Of a stretch of DNA of 54,444 nucleotides, positions 35,501 to 45,200 are shown piece after piece (position 1 is the first letter of the stretch; each line of letters starts with the position of its first letter). The notes beneath the pieces are model-generated. The model was not told where the DNA came from. It saw only the letters and a list, made by a program, of their open reading frames with translations, and made no database searches. Location: IMG/VR virus record IMGVR_UViG_3300037279_000046. One strand, given 5' to 3'. The translations under genes were made by a program, and so were the position numbers. Source of the DNA: a virus. Taxonomy: Duplodnaviria > Heunggongvirae > Uroviricota > Caudoviricetes.

Positions 35501-38500
35501 ACGACTCAATCGTTGTTGTAATGGATCAGAATTCAGCTACCGAAACTGTTGACATTCAAATGGCTCGTACAGGTCGCGTAAATGCTGGCTCTGGCGGATC
35601 TACATTCTTGCCTACTACTACAGAATTCTCAGGATACGATGCAGACAACGAAGCTGGCATCGACTTCTCAAACACTACAGTTTGGGGAACAGAAGTTAAC
35701 GGAACGAACTTCAGCGACTATGCTGTATGGTTCATGGCCCGTAACTGGTACTACGGCGGTGGCGTCGGCTCTGGACAAGGGCAGCTTATAGTTCGTGCTC
35801 AGCAGTACGGACCTAACGGTAACCAGTTGAAGTTCGCGCTCGGATATCCTACATTGGTTAACCAAGCTCCTTCAACTACGTTCGTTAACACACCTTCGTA
35901 CAGCACTTTAACCTACATCTTCGGATCGGGAAATGCACGACCTATCGCTGTATCAGCTGGCGACCGCATCTCTGTAACCGGTCCATATCCTGACAATTCG
36001 ACCAATTTCCCTAGTGGAGCGTCGAGCACAGGAAATTACTACGACTATTCGTTCTCTGCAGGTAACTTCTCGACTGTTAAAGTTGGGGATGTCTTATCTA
36101 TCAATTCGGGTTCGGGCGTATCGCCTAGCAACAGCGGTCAGTTCTATGTGCAAGCTATCAGCGGCACTACTATACGTGTGTTTAATCCGACTGGTTCTGT
36201 TACTGCTCCGGGAACACCTGAGACAAGCACAGTTACTACAATTGCTGATGTTGTAGGAACCCCTACATCTTATGGCGTTACAACTGTTGCTGATGTAAGC
36301 GACAACCTATACCAAAAATACTTCACGATCTACGATACTCAAGGATCTGTAGCAGTATGGTATGACGTTAATAACACTGGTGTTGCAGCTCCTGCTGCTG
36401 GCACAAACCGTTACATTAAAGTAGCTACTGTTGTTACAAATGATACAGCTGCTACAATCGCCACTAAAACTAGCCAAGCTATTGCGCTTGATAATGCTTT
36501 CACTGTGGGAGTTGTTGGAACTCAGTTGACAATCACTAACGTGATCAACGGAGCACTTGCAAATGGTAACTCTAACACTTCTGGCTTTACTGTTACTACT
36601 TCTACGGGAACAGCAAATCAATCGTTGACTGGTAAATACTTCTATATCTACGAGCCTGCTGGTTCAGTAGCTGTATGGTTTGACATGGGTGATGGATCAA
36701 CTCCTGAGCCATTCCATGGAGCTAATCGCTCGATTGAAGTTACTGGTGCACCTTACGGAGCAAGTGCAGCTACTGTTGCTGCAGCGATCGTACAGGTTGT
36801 TAACCCTGACGTTTCATTCCGCGCTACTGCTTCTGGCAATGCAGTCACAATCACTTCGACTTCTGACGGAGCTCTTCCTGCTTCGACTGCTGGAACTTCT
36901 GGTTTCACAGTATCTAGTGTCGCAGGAACATTGACAACTGCTGAGTTGGTAACTAACCCTAACGGCCTCTCGATCTTCCCACTGTCTGGAAATGACGTGG
37001 CCACTATCGCTAGCACTGTTAATGCTGGAACGATCATGACCCTTACTCCGGTCGGATCTACTGCGCTCACTATTAACAAAGCTACTGCTGAAGAAGATTA
37101 CACATACTCTGGAAACGCAACTGCACTTGCTTACGGACACAACCCTACAAACTCTGCTACTCGCGGTTCTGTTGGAATGTATGATGGCGTTGCATACTGC
37201 AAATCATTCAGCAACAGCAACCCTAACTTCACGTTAAAGGCTGCTCTGGTTCTTGAAGGTGTATCGTCTGCGTATGATATGGCTACAGCGCCTAACTACA
37301 ACGATGCTAACTTGGGCGAATACTTCAAGTTGATTCCTACTTCTGTTAAGAATATCTATCACCACTTTACACAGAAAGCTCTTTCACAGCTTCCTATCAT
37401 CGCTGATCTCACTATCACTAATGATCGTAAACGTATTCAGATTGACTCTATGCAGCTCGGTTCTGCAGGAGCGATTGAGGTTATCGGTGGTAATGCTAAC
37501 GCTTCAGTTGCTTATATTAACTCTGAAGCTGAAGACACTACAGATAACACTGGCGAATACTTGCTGGTTAAGATCCCTGCATTCCCTGACACTTTTAGTT
37601 CTGGTGACTATGTTACGCTCACAAATGATGCAGGTGTTAACCGCCTGAATCGTCTACAAGCTACAGACACTATCGACGTAACACTTCCTTCTTCTGGATT
37701 CGCAGCTTATAACTACAATCCAAAAGTGATCAACGTTGCTTCTTCTTCTGTGTTCACAATCGCAGATGTATCTGGCAGCTACGGACGCCCTGCAGGATAT
37801 GTATGGCGTTGGACACACGGCGGTGGACTTACTTTCGCAGCTGTAAACGCTGGCGATATTTTGTTCGCATTTGGTGCAACTCTTCCTTGGGCTCAAGGCA
37901 ATAAAGTTCAGTCTTCTGGTGATGGAAACATCGCTGGTTTCCCAATCATCTTCGTAAATGATGGAGCCAACTACATTGACGTTATTAACCCACTTGGTAA
38001 AGCAATGGGTTCTACTGCGGTAGGAACTGGTAACACAATTCAGATCTGCCCAACTCCAGCTGTTCGTTGGACGTTATCGCATGCCGCATGGGTGCCAACT
38101 GGCTCTATCATCGGCAATGGAACTACTGCTTCATTCATCGCTACTGCCCCTGTTCGTTTGAACACTGGCGACATGGTGAGCATACAAGATAGCAACAACA
38201 TCCCTGATGGAACTTACGGTCCTGTAACTGTAACTGGAACTACTACGTTTTCGTTCGCTTACGCTAGCGCAGCGTTCAGCGAAGCACAGACTGGTGCATC
38301 AGTATTAAAATCAGGCCTTGTTCCTACTCGTTACAAAGTTGAGAAGCTCGGCTTCAATAACATGATCCGTATCCACCGTTATGATGGCCAAAGCCCTCGC
38401 TTCACGGATTGCGGAGTTGCAGTTGACGATTACATGGTTATCGGCGGATCTACATTTGCTTCGAACAACAACGGAACATTCCGTGTTCAAGCGGTTGATA

Positions 38501-39657
38501 ACGACAGCATCATTATTGTTAACGCTACTGGAACTGATGAGCTCAACACAACGACGCTCTTCAACAACAAAGGCTACGAAGCTGCATGGATCAGCAACAC
38601 TGACTACGTAACTGGTATTCCAGGAACGTTCAAGGATGTAGTTGTTGGTCAGTGGGTCAAACAAGCTCAGGACCCTGATTCGTACTACTTGCAAGTGGTT
38701 TCGATCAACGGTTCGGCTGCCACTGCTACACAGATCAACCTCGGTGGAAACTACGAAGGTTCGACTACTTCTGCTCCTGGCGTTTCGTACGATGAGTTAA
38801 ATAACTACAATACCGGTATTTATCTCCAAGCTATTGACGATATCATCTTCTACGAAGGTGACGCTGTCGTTGCTGCAGATACTCTATCAGTTCAAAACCT
38901 CGTAGACCCTAACTGGTTCAACGTAGGAAACATTGGCGTGTTCACAATCGCTGCCTTTGGTACTGATGGAACCACTTATAAGCCTTACGTTCGCGTTGCT
39001 AACGGTAACGGTGTTGCAGAGACTGCTCGTGAGCTCGCTGTATCTCCCACTGGCTTCTATATCACTGAAAGCTTGTTGAACAAGTTCTATACGACTCGTT
39101 TGATCACTCACTCTGTTATGGACGATGCCACCACAACGCTTCGTTCGTTGTACATGGTTCCTGATAACAGAAGCTACAAGTTCAGCAATGCTAACAACAC
39201 TAGTGTTACACACTCTGGTAAACTTGGATTCAGCACTGATGTAACTACTGGTATCGATGGATACCTTTACTACACAGGATTGTTGCAAACTGTTCAACGT
39301 ATTGTTGACGGTTACGAACCAGATGCAGTTACATACCCAGGTCGTCGTGCAGTTGGTGGCTTGATTGAGACTCTTCCTCCGCTGGTTAACGACATCACTA
39401 TTGCTATCAACGTTACAACTAGTAACGGTGTTAACCTTGGTGACATCACTAACAACATCAAGTCTGTGATCATTAACTATGTTCAAGGTCTTGGAGTTGG
39501 TACAGACGTTATCTTGTCAGAGATCATTGCTCAGGTAATGGGAATTAAAGGTGTTGCAGCTGTAACATTTACTAACCCAACTCCTAGCACCGAACGTATA
39601 ACTATCGCTAGTAATACGCGCGCTAATATCTCGGCTGATAACATCGGAATTGCATAA
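32578..39657 (+). CDS. Giant baseplate wedge protein (P2 gpJ/T4 gp6-like) with very large central insertion
   Basis: KSFNQILGDMI, A.G.QGN, GADIETDVQLRNRI, C-terminal IINYVQGLGVGTDVILSEII; 2359 aa. Confidence 0.85.
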   Translation: MAIQIKSFNQILGDMIRTILAETPLNDLNAGSVLLTLLEAAAANDFENNAAILNVLELLNIDAVQNSDLDARAGDYGLTRYAAIKASGNVTITNTNITKISTGLYVIKPAPISGQTTLFVNSTTGWAPSGTLYIGRGTQSFEGPIPYSSITQYATYSQINLGSALQRDHLISDVVVDSQGEPDRIIAAGTVVSIPANNQNPEIQYVTLRDAVIPAGEQNVTNVQVIALVAGSQGNAGINTITAFDTPPFAGAAVSNTNAFTDGADIETDVQLRNRIQSYSTTLARGTAASIIDAVIGVSDSTDNKQVASAVITEPTAVNEPSILYIDDGTGFEPSYTGQSVDTLLKNADGTEEFLQLSNYPLPRPQVVNTEAGPFTVTVGSILRVIVDGTEEDIQFLATDFANISAATISEIIIAINARATSFSARFTNDGENILIYPQAYDAELIQVSPQRSTDSTLLYINNLLKFPTNQYSYISLFKNSTRIYEKEKSASVETAAFANWNITGPGDIIISVDGTPAQDRTFALSDFAGASSFASLTLAQYVAAFNTKFAGLTATATASQTMLITSNQQGSASSISVSGGTYLDKWFTSGEISSTGQSSQFQLNRQTGNLQVVDINAGDTVTAGITDAKGFVLSSTTTSGNYNVSSDTNGRPSEMVVVADSTYTTQRALTLLVGATISITNPSGTDMRIMSSTLAAFEALLPGDFIYLTPRTTGWVNSANAGLFKIHAKGPHLTAGTDSFVDVQNINVVPQSNVSILDSLDISAFTTDGFPQIWRGVYVDNPPVASITSIIDSLNTDLINVIASVYNSSAIKLTSTTENGGSIAIPVAVSNASLLFASTPTAELGNPPLIAYSVPTKDLVSNFRITTPTNQNVFLNRHTYTDVKRQLLANSVPDQPDYTGTYSEIVDANLDATTMDFDDYLSFTGGNNRGQFRTVAAFPTSGNVGTQEGTARTQLDHIIGDELQVVTPIQFTTDDSIVVVMDQNSATETVDIQMARTGRVNAGSGGSTFLPTTTEFSGYDADNEAGIDFSNTTVWGTEVNGTNFSDYAVWFMARNWYYGGGVGSGQGQLIVRAQQYGPNGNQLKFALGYPTLVNQAPSTTFVNTPSYSTLTYIFGSGNARPIAVSAGDRISVTGPYPDNSTNFPSGASSTGNYYDYSFSAGNFSTVKVGDVLSINSGSGVSPSNSGQFYVQAISGTTIRVFNPTGSVTAPGTPETSTVTTIADVVGTPTSYGVTTVADVSDNLYQKYFTIYDTQGSVAVWYDVNNTGVAAPAAGTNRYIKVATVVTNDTAATIATKTSQAIALDNAFTVGVVGTQLTITNVINGALANGNSNTSGFTVTTSTGTANQSLTGKYFYIYEPAGSVAVWFDMGDGSTPEPFHGANRSIEVTGAPYGASAATVAAAIVQVVNPDVSFRATASGNAVTITSTSDGALPASTAGTSGFTVSSVAGTLTTAELVTNPNGLSIFPLSGNDVATIASTVNAGTIMTLTPVGSTALTINKATAEEDYTYSGNATALAYGHNPTNSATRGSVGMYDGVAYCKSFSNSNPNFTLKAALVLEGVSSAYDMATAPNYNDANLGEYFKLIPTSVKNIYHHFTQKALSQLPIIADLTITNDRKRIQIDSMQLGSAGAIEVIGGNANASVAYINSEAEDTTDNTGEYLLVKIPAFPDTFSSGDYVTLTNDAGVNRLNRLQATDTIDVTLPSSGFAAYNYNPKVINVASSSVFTIADVSGSYGRPAGYVWRWTHGGGLTFAAVNAGDILFAFGATLPWAQGNKVQSSGDGNIAGFPIIFVNDGANYIDVINPLGKAMGSTAVGTGNTIQICPTPAVRWTLSHAAWVPTGSIIGNGTTASFIATAPVRLNTGDMVSIQDSNNIPDGTYGPVTVTGTTTFSFAYASAAFSEAQTGASVLKSGLVPTRYKVEKLGFNNMIRIHRYDGQSPRFTDCGVAVDDYMVIGGSTFASNNNGTFRVQAVDNDSIIIVNATGTDELNTTTLFNNKGYEAAWISNTDYVTGIPGTFKDVVVGQWVKQAQDPDSYYLQVVSINGSAATATQINLGGNYEGSTTSAPGVSYDELNNYNTGIYLQAIDDIIFYEGDAVVAADTLSVQNLVDPNWFNVGNIGVFTIAAFGTDGTTYKPYVRVANGNGVAETARELAVSPTGFYITESLLNKFYTTRLITHSVMDDATTTLRSLYMVPDNRSYKFSNANNTSVTHSGKLGFSTDVTTGIDGYLYYTGLLQTVQRIVDGYEPDAVTYPGRRAVGGLIETLPPLVNDITIAINVTTSNGVNLGDITNNIKSVIINYVQGLGVGTDVILSEIIAQVMGIKGVAAVTFTNPTPSTERITIASNTRANISADNIGIA

Positions 39658-39659
39658 TA

Positions 39660-42188
39660 ATGGCTGGTAATAAGACTAAGACAGATGCATTACATGACTT
39701 GCTACCAAGTCATTTTAACAGCAGAACCAATCCTAACTGGAAGGCTCTGCTAGATGCTATTGGTTCTAAGGACCAAGAGACTGCTGACTTAGTTGCTGCT
39801 GTGCGTGATCAGTTCTTTGTTAAGACTGCATCTGCTCCATACTTAGATCGCTTGGCAGCTAACAACATGATCTCTCGTCCATCCCTCGTTGGCATGGATG
39901 ACCCCAGCTTTCGTCAGTACATTCCGATCCTCTCTTATAGTCCGAAGCAAGTAAAACTCATCATCGATCAGCTTCTTGACATCTTCTTCTTTAAGCAGAG
40001 TACTACTGCATTCATCACAACTACTCTTGCTGAGCCATTCGCACTTCAAGATGGTTGGGAATTTGAATACACGGTAGATCAGATCAACGATGAGCGCATT
40101 CAATTCAGCGCATCTGACTTTACAGACATCACTAACGCTTCTGCAAATGAAGTGGTTGCCGCTATCAACCGTCAGACCCAGTACAGCTATGCTACTGCTG
40201 ACTATGATAGCATCACTAAGAATACTTACATTCAACTATTCACAAATACAATTGGATCTAAAGGATCGCTTCAGATTGAGGGCGGGCGGGCTAACGTTGC
40301 GTTCCAGTTCAATGGCTTTATCTCTGGTGCTGGTCAAGGTGCTAACACTCAGTGGACTGTCACGAAGATCGGTCAAGATGTTACTTTTACAAACACCGGC
40401 GGTCAATCTCCTGGTCTTAACCAGTTACAGATTGGCGACATTGCTATAATTAACCTGACAGGAAACGTTGGATCGTTTGCTATCACGAACGTTGATTTAG
40501 CTAACAATGCTATTACCTTTGTAAATCTCTTTGCGACAGTTGGTGTTTATAACCAGACTGACGCTACACAAGTAAAGTTCCTGCGTCCTAATAAGTATGC
40601 AGGATACTTAAATCCTCGCCGGGCTATGACTTGGGAAGTAACCCAAGGCGAGATCACGGTTGAGATGCCTACTTCTCCTCCTGTTGTTAAGCGTTCCCTT
40701 ATGGGATCTGCTCACATCAATGGGGTGTTCAGTCAAATGGACTCGCGTGACAGCGATACCACTATGACCTTGGCTGACGCGACAAATTTCCCAGATGGTG
40801 GAAATTTCTGGCTTGAGCCCGTTGAAGCTATCATCTCGCACTACATTACTAACTCTGAGAACACAACGGTTACGACGACTAGCAATACTCGTCTGATCTA
40901 TGATGTTCAAAAGTATTCATATACGACTCGCCAAGCAGCAAGTACGACTGGTACGATCCTGTCAGGATCACAGCAGATTACCGTGGTAGATCCTACGAAC
41001 ATCGCAACTGGACAACAGGTCGTAATGGCCAATGTTCCTAGTTATGCTCTAGTTCTATCGGTTGTTGGCAATCTTGTTAACATCGATAGAGAAGCTACTG
41101 CAGAGAGTGACAGCGTTGCTGTAACATTCTTAGGCAACCAGCTACAAGGAATCAGCCCTGCTCTTCCTGCTTCGGCAGCAACGAATGAATATGCTAACAC
41201 ATCGATTAGCCGCACGTCTGGCGTCGTTACGGTTACCGTTTCTCAGGCGCATGGATATCAAGTAGGCGAATCTGCGATCATCTCAGGCAGTTCTGGGATC
41301 TTAGATAGCGTTACTACTGGCACACTGACATCTGGATCTAACCAGGTAACTAATATCGCAAACGTATCTGGAATTGCTCCAGGAATGCTTATTTCTGCTA
41401 TCGGTATCCCATCTGGAACTAGCGTTACAGATATTCAGGGCACTACTGTTACTATGGACCAGAATGCTTCTGGTAACGGAACAGCTACATTAAACTTTAG
41501 CGAAAGCTTGAACGGCGGATTCATTATCACGTCAGTTCCTTCGCCCACAACATATACTTTCACAGACCTCGGCAACAATGGAACAGCCTCAAACTCTGGC
41601 ACTTCGCGTGTAGAGCGTGCAGGTCTTGCTCCCACAGGATCAAACGTCTACTGCACCAATGCTGTCCCAGCTTCAGAGAGCCGGATCGAAGGACCTTATA
41701 TCTGGGATCTTACTGCCCCTTTCGTTCTCTCTAGTGATACTGGAACTATTGCTGATAGCATACAAGCTGGTAAAATTGTTCGGCTTCTTGACTTAGGAAC
41801 GAATACGATCCCGTCAACTGGTGGTTACTTGATCTTTGACTATGGTCTTGAGACTCAAGAGGGTCCAGTCAGATATCTCTATAAGCCTACAGACTCGACC
41901 ATCGCTATTGATCCTTCTTACACTTTTAAGTTCAGTCATGCCATTGGCTCTGGTATAACCTTAGTTGAAACTAATGGGCCCCATACGATGAGTGGTACGG
42001 CTGCTGAATATCCTGCTTACATAACTGACCCTTCTCAAGCTAGAATAACTCTTGAGAACTTGATTACGTCAGTGAAAAGTGCGGGTATCTTTGTCAACTT
42101 CTTGATTCGTTACCCAGATCAGCTATACGGAACTTTGGACGTATACAATGAACAAGGGCTTGGTGCTGGCGCACCGTTCAGTGATTGA
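39660..42188 (+). CDS. Baseplate wedge partner (P2 gpI-like) with inserted beta-rich repeats
   Basis: ASAPYLDRLAA...GMDDPSFRQYI; C-terminal LENLITSVKSAGI. Confidence 0.75.
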   Translation: MAGNKTKTDALHDLLPSHFNSRTNPNWKALLDAIGSKDQETADLVAAVRDQFFVKTASAPYLDRLAANNMISRPSLVGMDDPSFRQYIPILSYSPKQVKLIIDQLLDIFFFKQSTTAFITTTLAEPFALQDGWEFEYTVDQINDERIQFSASDFTDITNASANEVVAAINRQTQYSYATADYDSITKNTYIQLFTNTIGSKGSLQIEGGRANVAFQFNGFISGAGQGANTQWTVTKIGQDVTFTNTGGQSPGLNQLQIGDIAIINLTGNVGSFAITNVDLANNAITFVNLFATVGVYNQTDATQVKFLRPNKYAGYLNPRRAMTWEVTQGEITVEMPTSPPVVKRSLMGSAHINGVFSQMDSRDSDTTMTLADATNFPDGGNFWLEPVEAIISHYITNSENTTVTTTSNTRLIYDVQKYSYTTRQAASTTGTILSGSQQITVVDPTNIATGQQVVMANVPSYALVLSVVGNLVNIDREATAESDSVAVTFLGNQLQGISPALPASAATNEYANTSISRTSGVVTVTVSQAHGYQVGESAIISGSSGILDSVTTGTLTSGSNQVTNIANVSGIAPGMLISAIGIPSGTSVTDIQGTTVTMDQNASGNGTATLNFSESLNGGFIITSVPSPTTYTFTDLGNNGTASNSGTSRVERAGLAPTGSNVYCTNAVPASESRIEGPYIWDLTAPFVLSSDTGTIADSIQAGKIVRLLDLGTNTIPSTGGYLIFDYGLETQEGPVRYLYKPTDSTIAIDPSYTFKFSHAIGSGITLVETNGPHTMSGTAAEYPAYITDPSQARITLENLITSVKSAGIFVNFLIRYPDQLYGTLDVYNEQGLGAGAPFSD

Positions 42189-42212
42189 GTCCGATTGGAG
42201 TATAATTAAGTT

Positions 42213-45200
42213 ATGGCTGTATTAGGTAGACTTTTAATTTCTAGCGCTGAACGACTAGACCTTCCAGACGTTTTGTCAATCGACAGCTATGCAGCTGGCG
42301 ATTTCAAATATCTTCTCCAAGGCTTAGTTAATAACGAAAAACCTTATGTCCTGAAAGGATTCGAGGTTATCGATCCTGCGAGTGCCATCGGCACTCAGAC
42401 ATGCTCAATTGAGATTGCAGACTCATGTGTGTTCTATCCGGGCTCTGCAGCAGGTCCATTCTTCTACGGTCTTCCAGCTGGAAACACGAACGCTCAGCCA
42501 CTCGTTCCTGAACTCCGCAAGAACGCAGTTAACTACGTTTACCTTACTTTCACTACGACAAATACTTCTACTGACAGCCGCGCTTTCTGGGATCCAGATA
42601 AGAACGGTGGAGTCGGTGGTGAATTCACTCAGGATGTAAATACTGAGAGCGTTCTAACTTGCCAAGTTAACGTTTCTACTGGCGCTTTCCCGGCCAACAC
42701 GATTCCTATTGCTAAGATCACAGTTGGTGCAGTTGTTATTACTGCAATACAAGATGCTCGCGATATGATGTTCCGTCTCGGAACTGGTGGAATCAGCCCG
42801 AATCCATTCGCTTCTTACGACTGGCAATCTCTTCCTAATTCTAGCTATCAACGTAACGAACCGCCTACAACTATGGTTGCTGGTGGCGTTAACCCTTTCG
42901 AGGGTGGCGACAAGAACATCGAGTCTCTGAAAGACTGGATGGACGCAGTTATGACCAAGCTTCGCGAGCTTGGTGGTACTATTTACTGGTACCAGGACGC
43001 TTCAACTTACAGTATCGTAAGCACATTCACTGATGCATTAACTACTACCTATAAATCTAAAGGTAGCTGGGTTCACAGTGGAACCACTCCAGGTCTCGTT
43101 ACTTGGACTGAAGACATCAAGATTAAACTTACTTCTGATCCACGTTACTATATGCTTCGCGCTGGTAACGTACAGATGGCGAACGAAAATGTCGCGTACC
43201 TAGATCTAGTCCGTAATCAACCGATCAATAGCACCGATGCACCTGTTGCATTCACTAACGGTCAAGCCTACATCAACACGGTCGGTGGATCTGTTGGATT
43301 GTTCGCTAACCTTTCACAAGGTGACTGGATTAAACAAGCGAGCGATCCTGCTCAATACTTCTTACAGGTTGAGGCATTCTTTGACTCTGTAAACGGTGCA
43401 GGAAACCAAACGACTGCGGCACTTGCTAAGTCAGTTGTTTTGTCTGGCGCTTACCTTGGCGTTACAACAAACAACAACGCTCGCTACGATAAAGGTGTTT
43501 ACACTGCTGGCGATGTGATTGTTTCTTCGCGTAATGCTGCTGCTATTGCTGCTGCTGGTGGAGACTTCAGCTGGTTGATCCTTCGTTCGGACACTATCGA
43601 GTCTATTGGTAACATTGCAACAACTAGTCTTACAGTTAGCGTTGCTACTGGATCTGGTTCTCAAGCACTTGTTACTAGCACGACAGCTCACGGTCTCTTA
43701 GACGGTCAGCGCGTAACGATTGCTGGAACAACTGACTACAATGGAACATACGCTGTAGAAGTTGCTTCTACAACTACTTTCTATATCACTACTGCTGTTA
43801 CAGCTGCTGGTCCTGAAACAGGAACTGCAAATTATGCAACGGTAACCACTGTTGCTCGCTCTACACAATATGGACTACAACTCGAGTCTGCAGATCACGG
43901 ATTTGCTACAGACGAGACTATCCAAATTACTGGAACCACCAACTATAATGGTTCGTTCCAAGTTGCTGTTATCGACTCTACACACTTCCAGATCCCAGTT
44001 GCAGGTCCTCTTGCTACTGAGACTGCTGGTTCTGCAACGCTTGCACAAGTAATCGTTCGCTCTGAACTTGGTGCATTCTCGCTAGTTCAAGGTGAGTCTG
44101 GTTCTATCGGCGACGTTCTTTCTCAGAACATTAAATTGTTCTTGGGAATGACTTCAGATACTCAAGTCTATCCTGACTATGCTGTTCCATCTGGCTACAA
44201 TACGCTAGCAGGCACAGAGAACTTCAACAGTGCATCTACTGACAACGTAACAACTCGCCTTAGCGAATTGACTGCGATGATGGCTGATAAAGCCCAGGAT
44301 AAGACTGTTAAGTACTTAGCTACTGGACTTACATCAGTTACAAACACTACAAGCGGTTCAGCTCAGCAAATCACATTTGCTCCAGCTGGTGCTACCCTTA
44401 CATTGTTGCTTCCAGGTTCGCCTTCAAACGCAACAGTAACTTTGCCTTCGGCTGCTCCTGGTATCTCGCTTCTTGCGAACCAATCTGCATACGTAATCAT
44501 TGATCGTAACGGTGGAACTCCAACCCCTGCAATCCAAATCGCCAACACTGCTTCGCTTGCTATCGGTGAGAACACATTCGTCATCGCTACTCGCTTAACG
44601 GGATCAAACGTATGGTTGTGGGATGGAAGCACACTTGCTTCTGGTTCGACTCCGATCTCTCCGACTGGTTCAGCTCAAGATCGCAACTTGAAAGTTATCA
44701 AGGGTGGAACTTGGTCTTGGACACTTTCGACAAACAGCCTCACTTGGACAAGCGATGCTTATGTCCAAATGCCTGGCGTTGCTGACATCTCTAATACACT
44801 TTCTGCTCAAACTAACACAGCATTGACTGCTGACGATATGGTTCTCTATGTAGAGATCAATCGTTCTGGCACCACTGCGAATGTCCTCACAATCACTGCA
44901 GCGCCGATCGCCTCAGTTCCCGTGGACGCGAACGCATTCATTATTGCGCGTCGAGTTAATAACAGCATCATTCTTGGTAACGACGGCATGCTCCTTATTG
45001 ACGGTGAGTCAAAAGGTCTTCATGCTGGTCTATCAGTACAGAACAGAGCATTGTTCGGTACGGGTGTTACTGAGGCAACCTCACAAGGTAACTACTCGAC
45101 TCGCGGCGGCGTAGCCCGTACGATGGCGGATACAGAAGGTTCGTTGGATGCTCTTGCATCTATCGATGCTGAATTCGACAAGTACTTCGGCCAATTGCGC

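Larger units (their letters stand above)
9156..42206 (+). promoter_or_regulatory. -10-like TA[TAG]AAT boxes 6-7 nt before ATG at 9156, 10624, 10930, 13159, 13655, 27177, 29978 and 42201
   Basis: Fixed hexamer-to-ATG spacing; no recognisable TTGACA -35. Confidence 0.65.
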
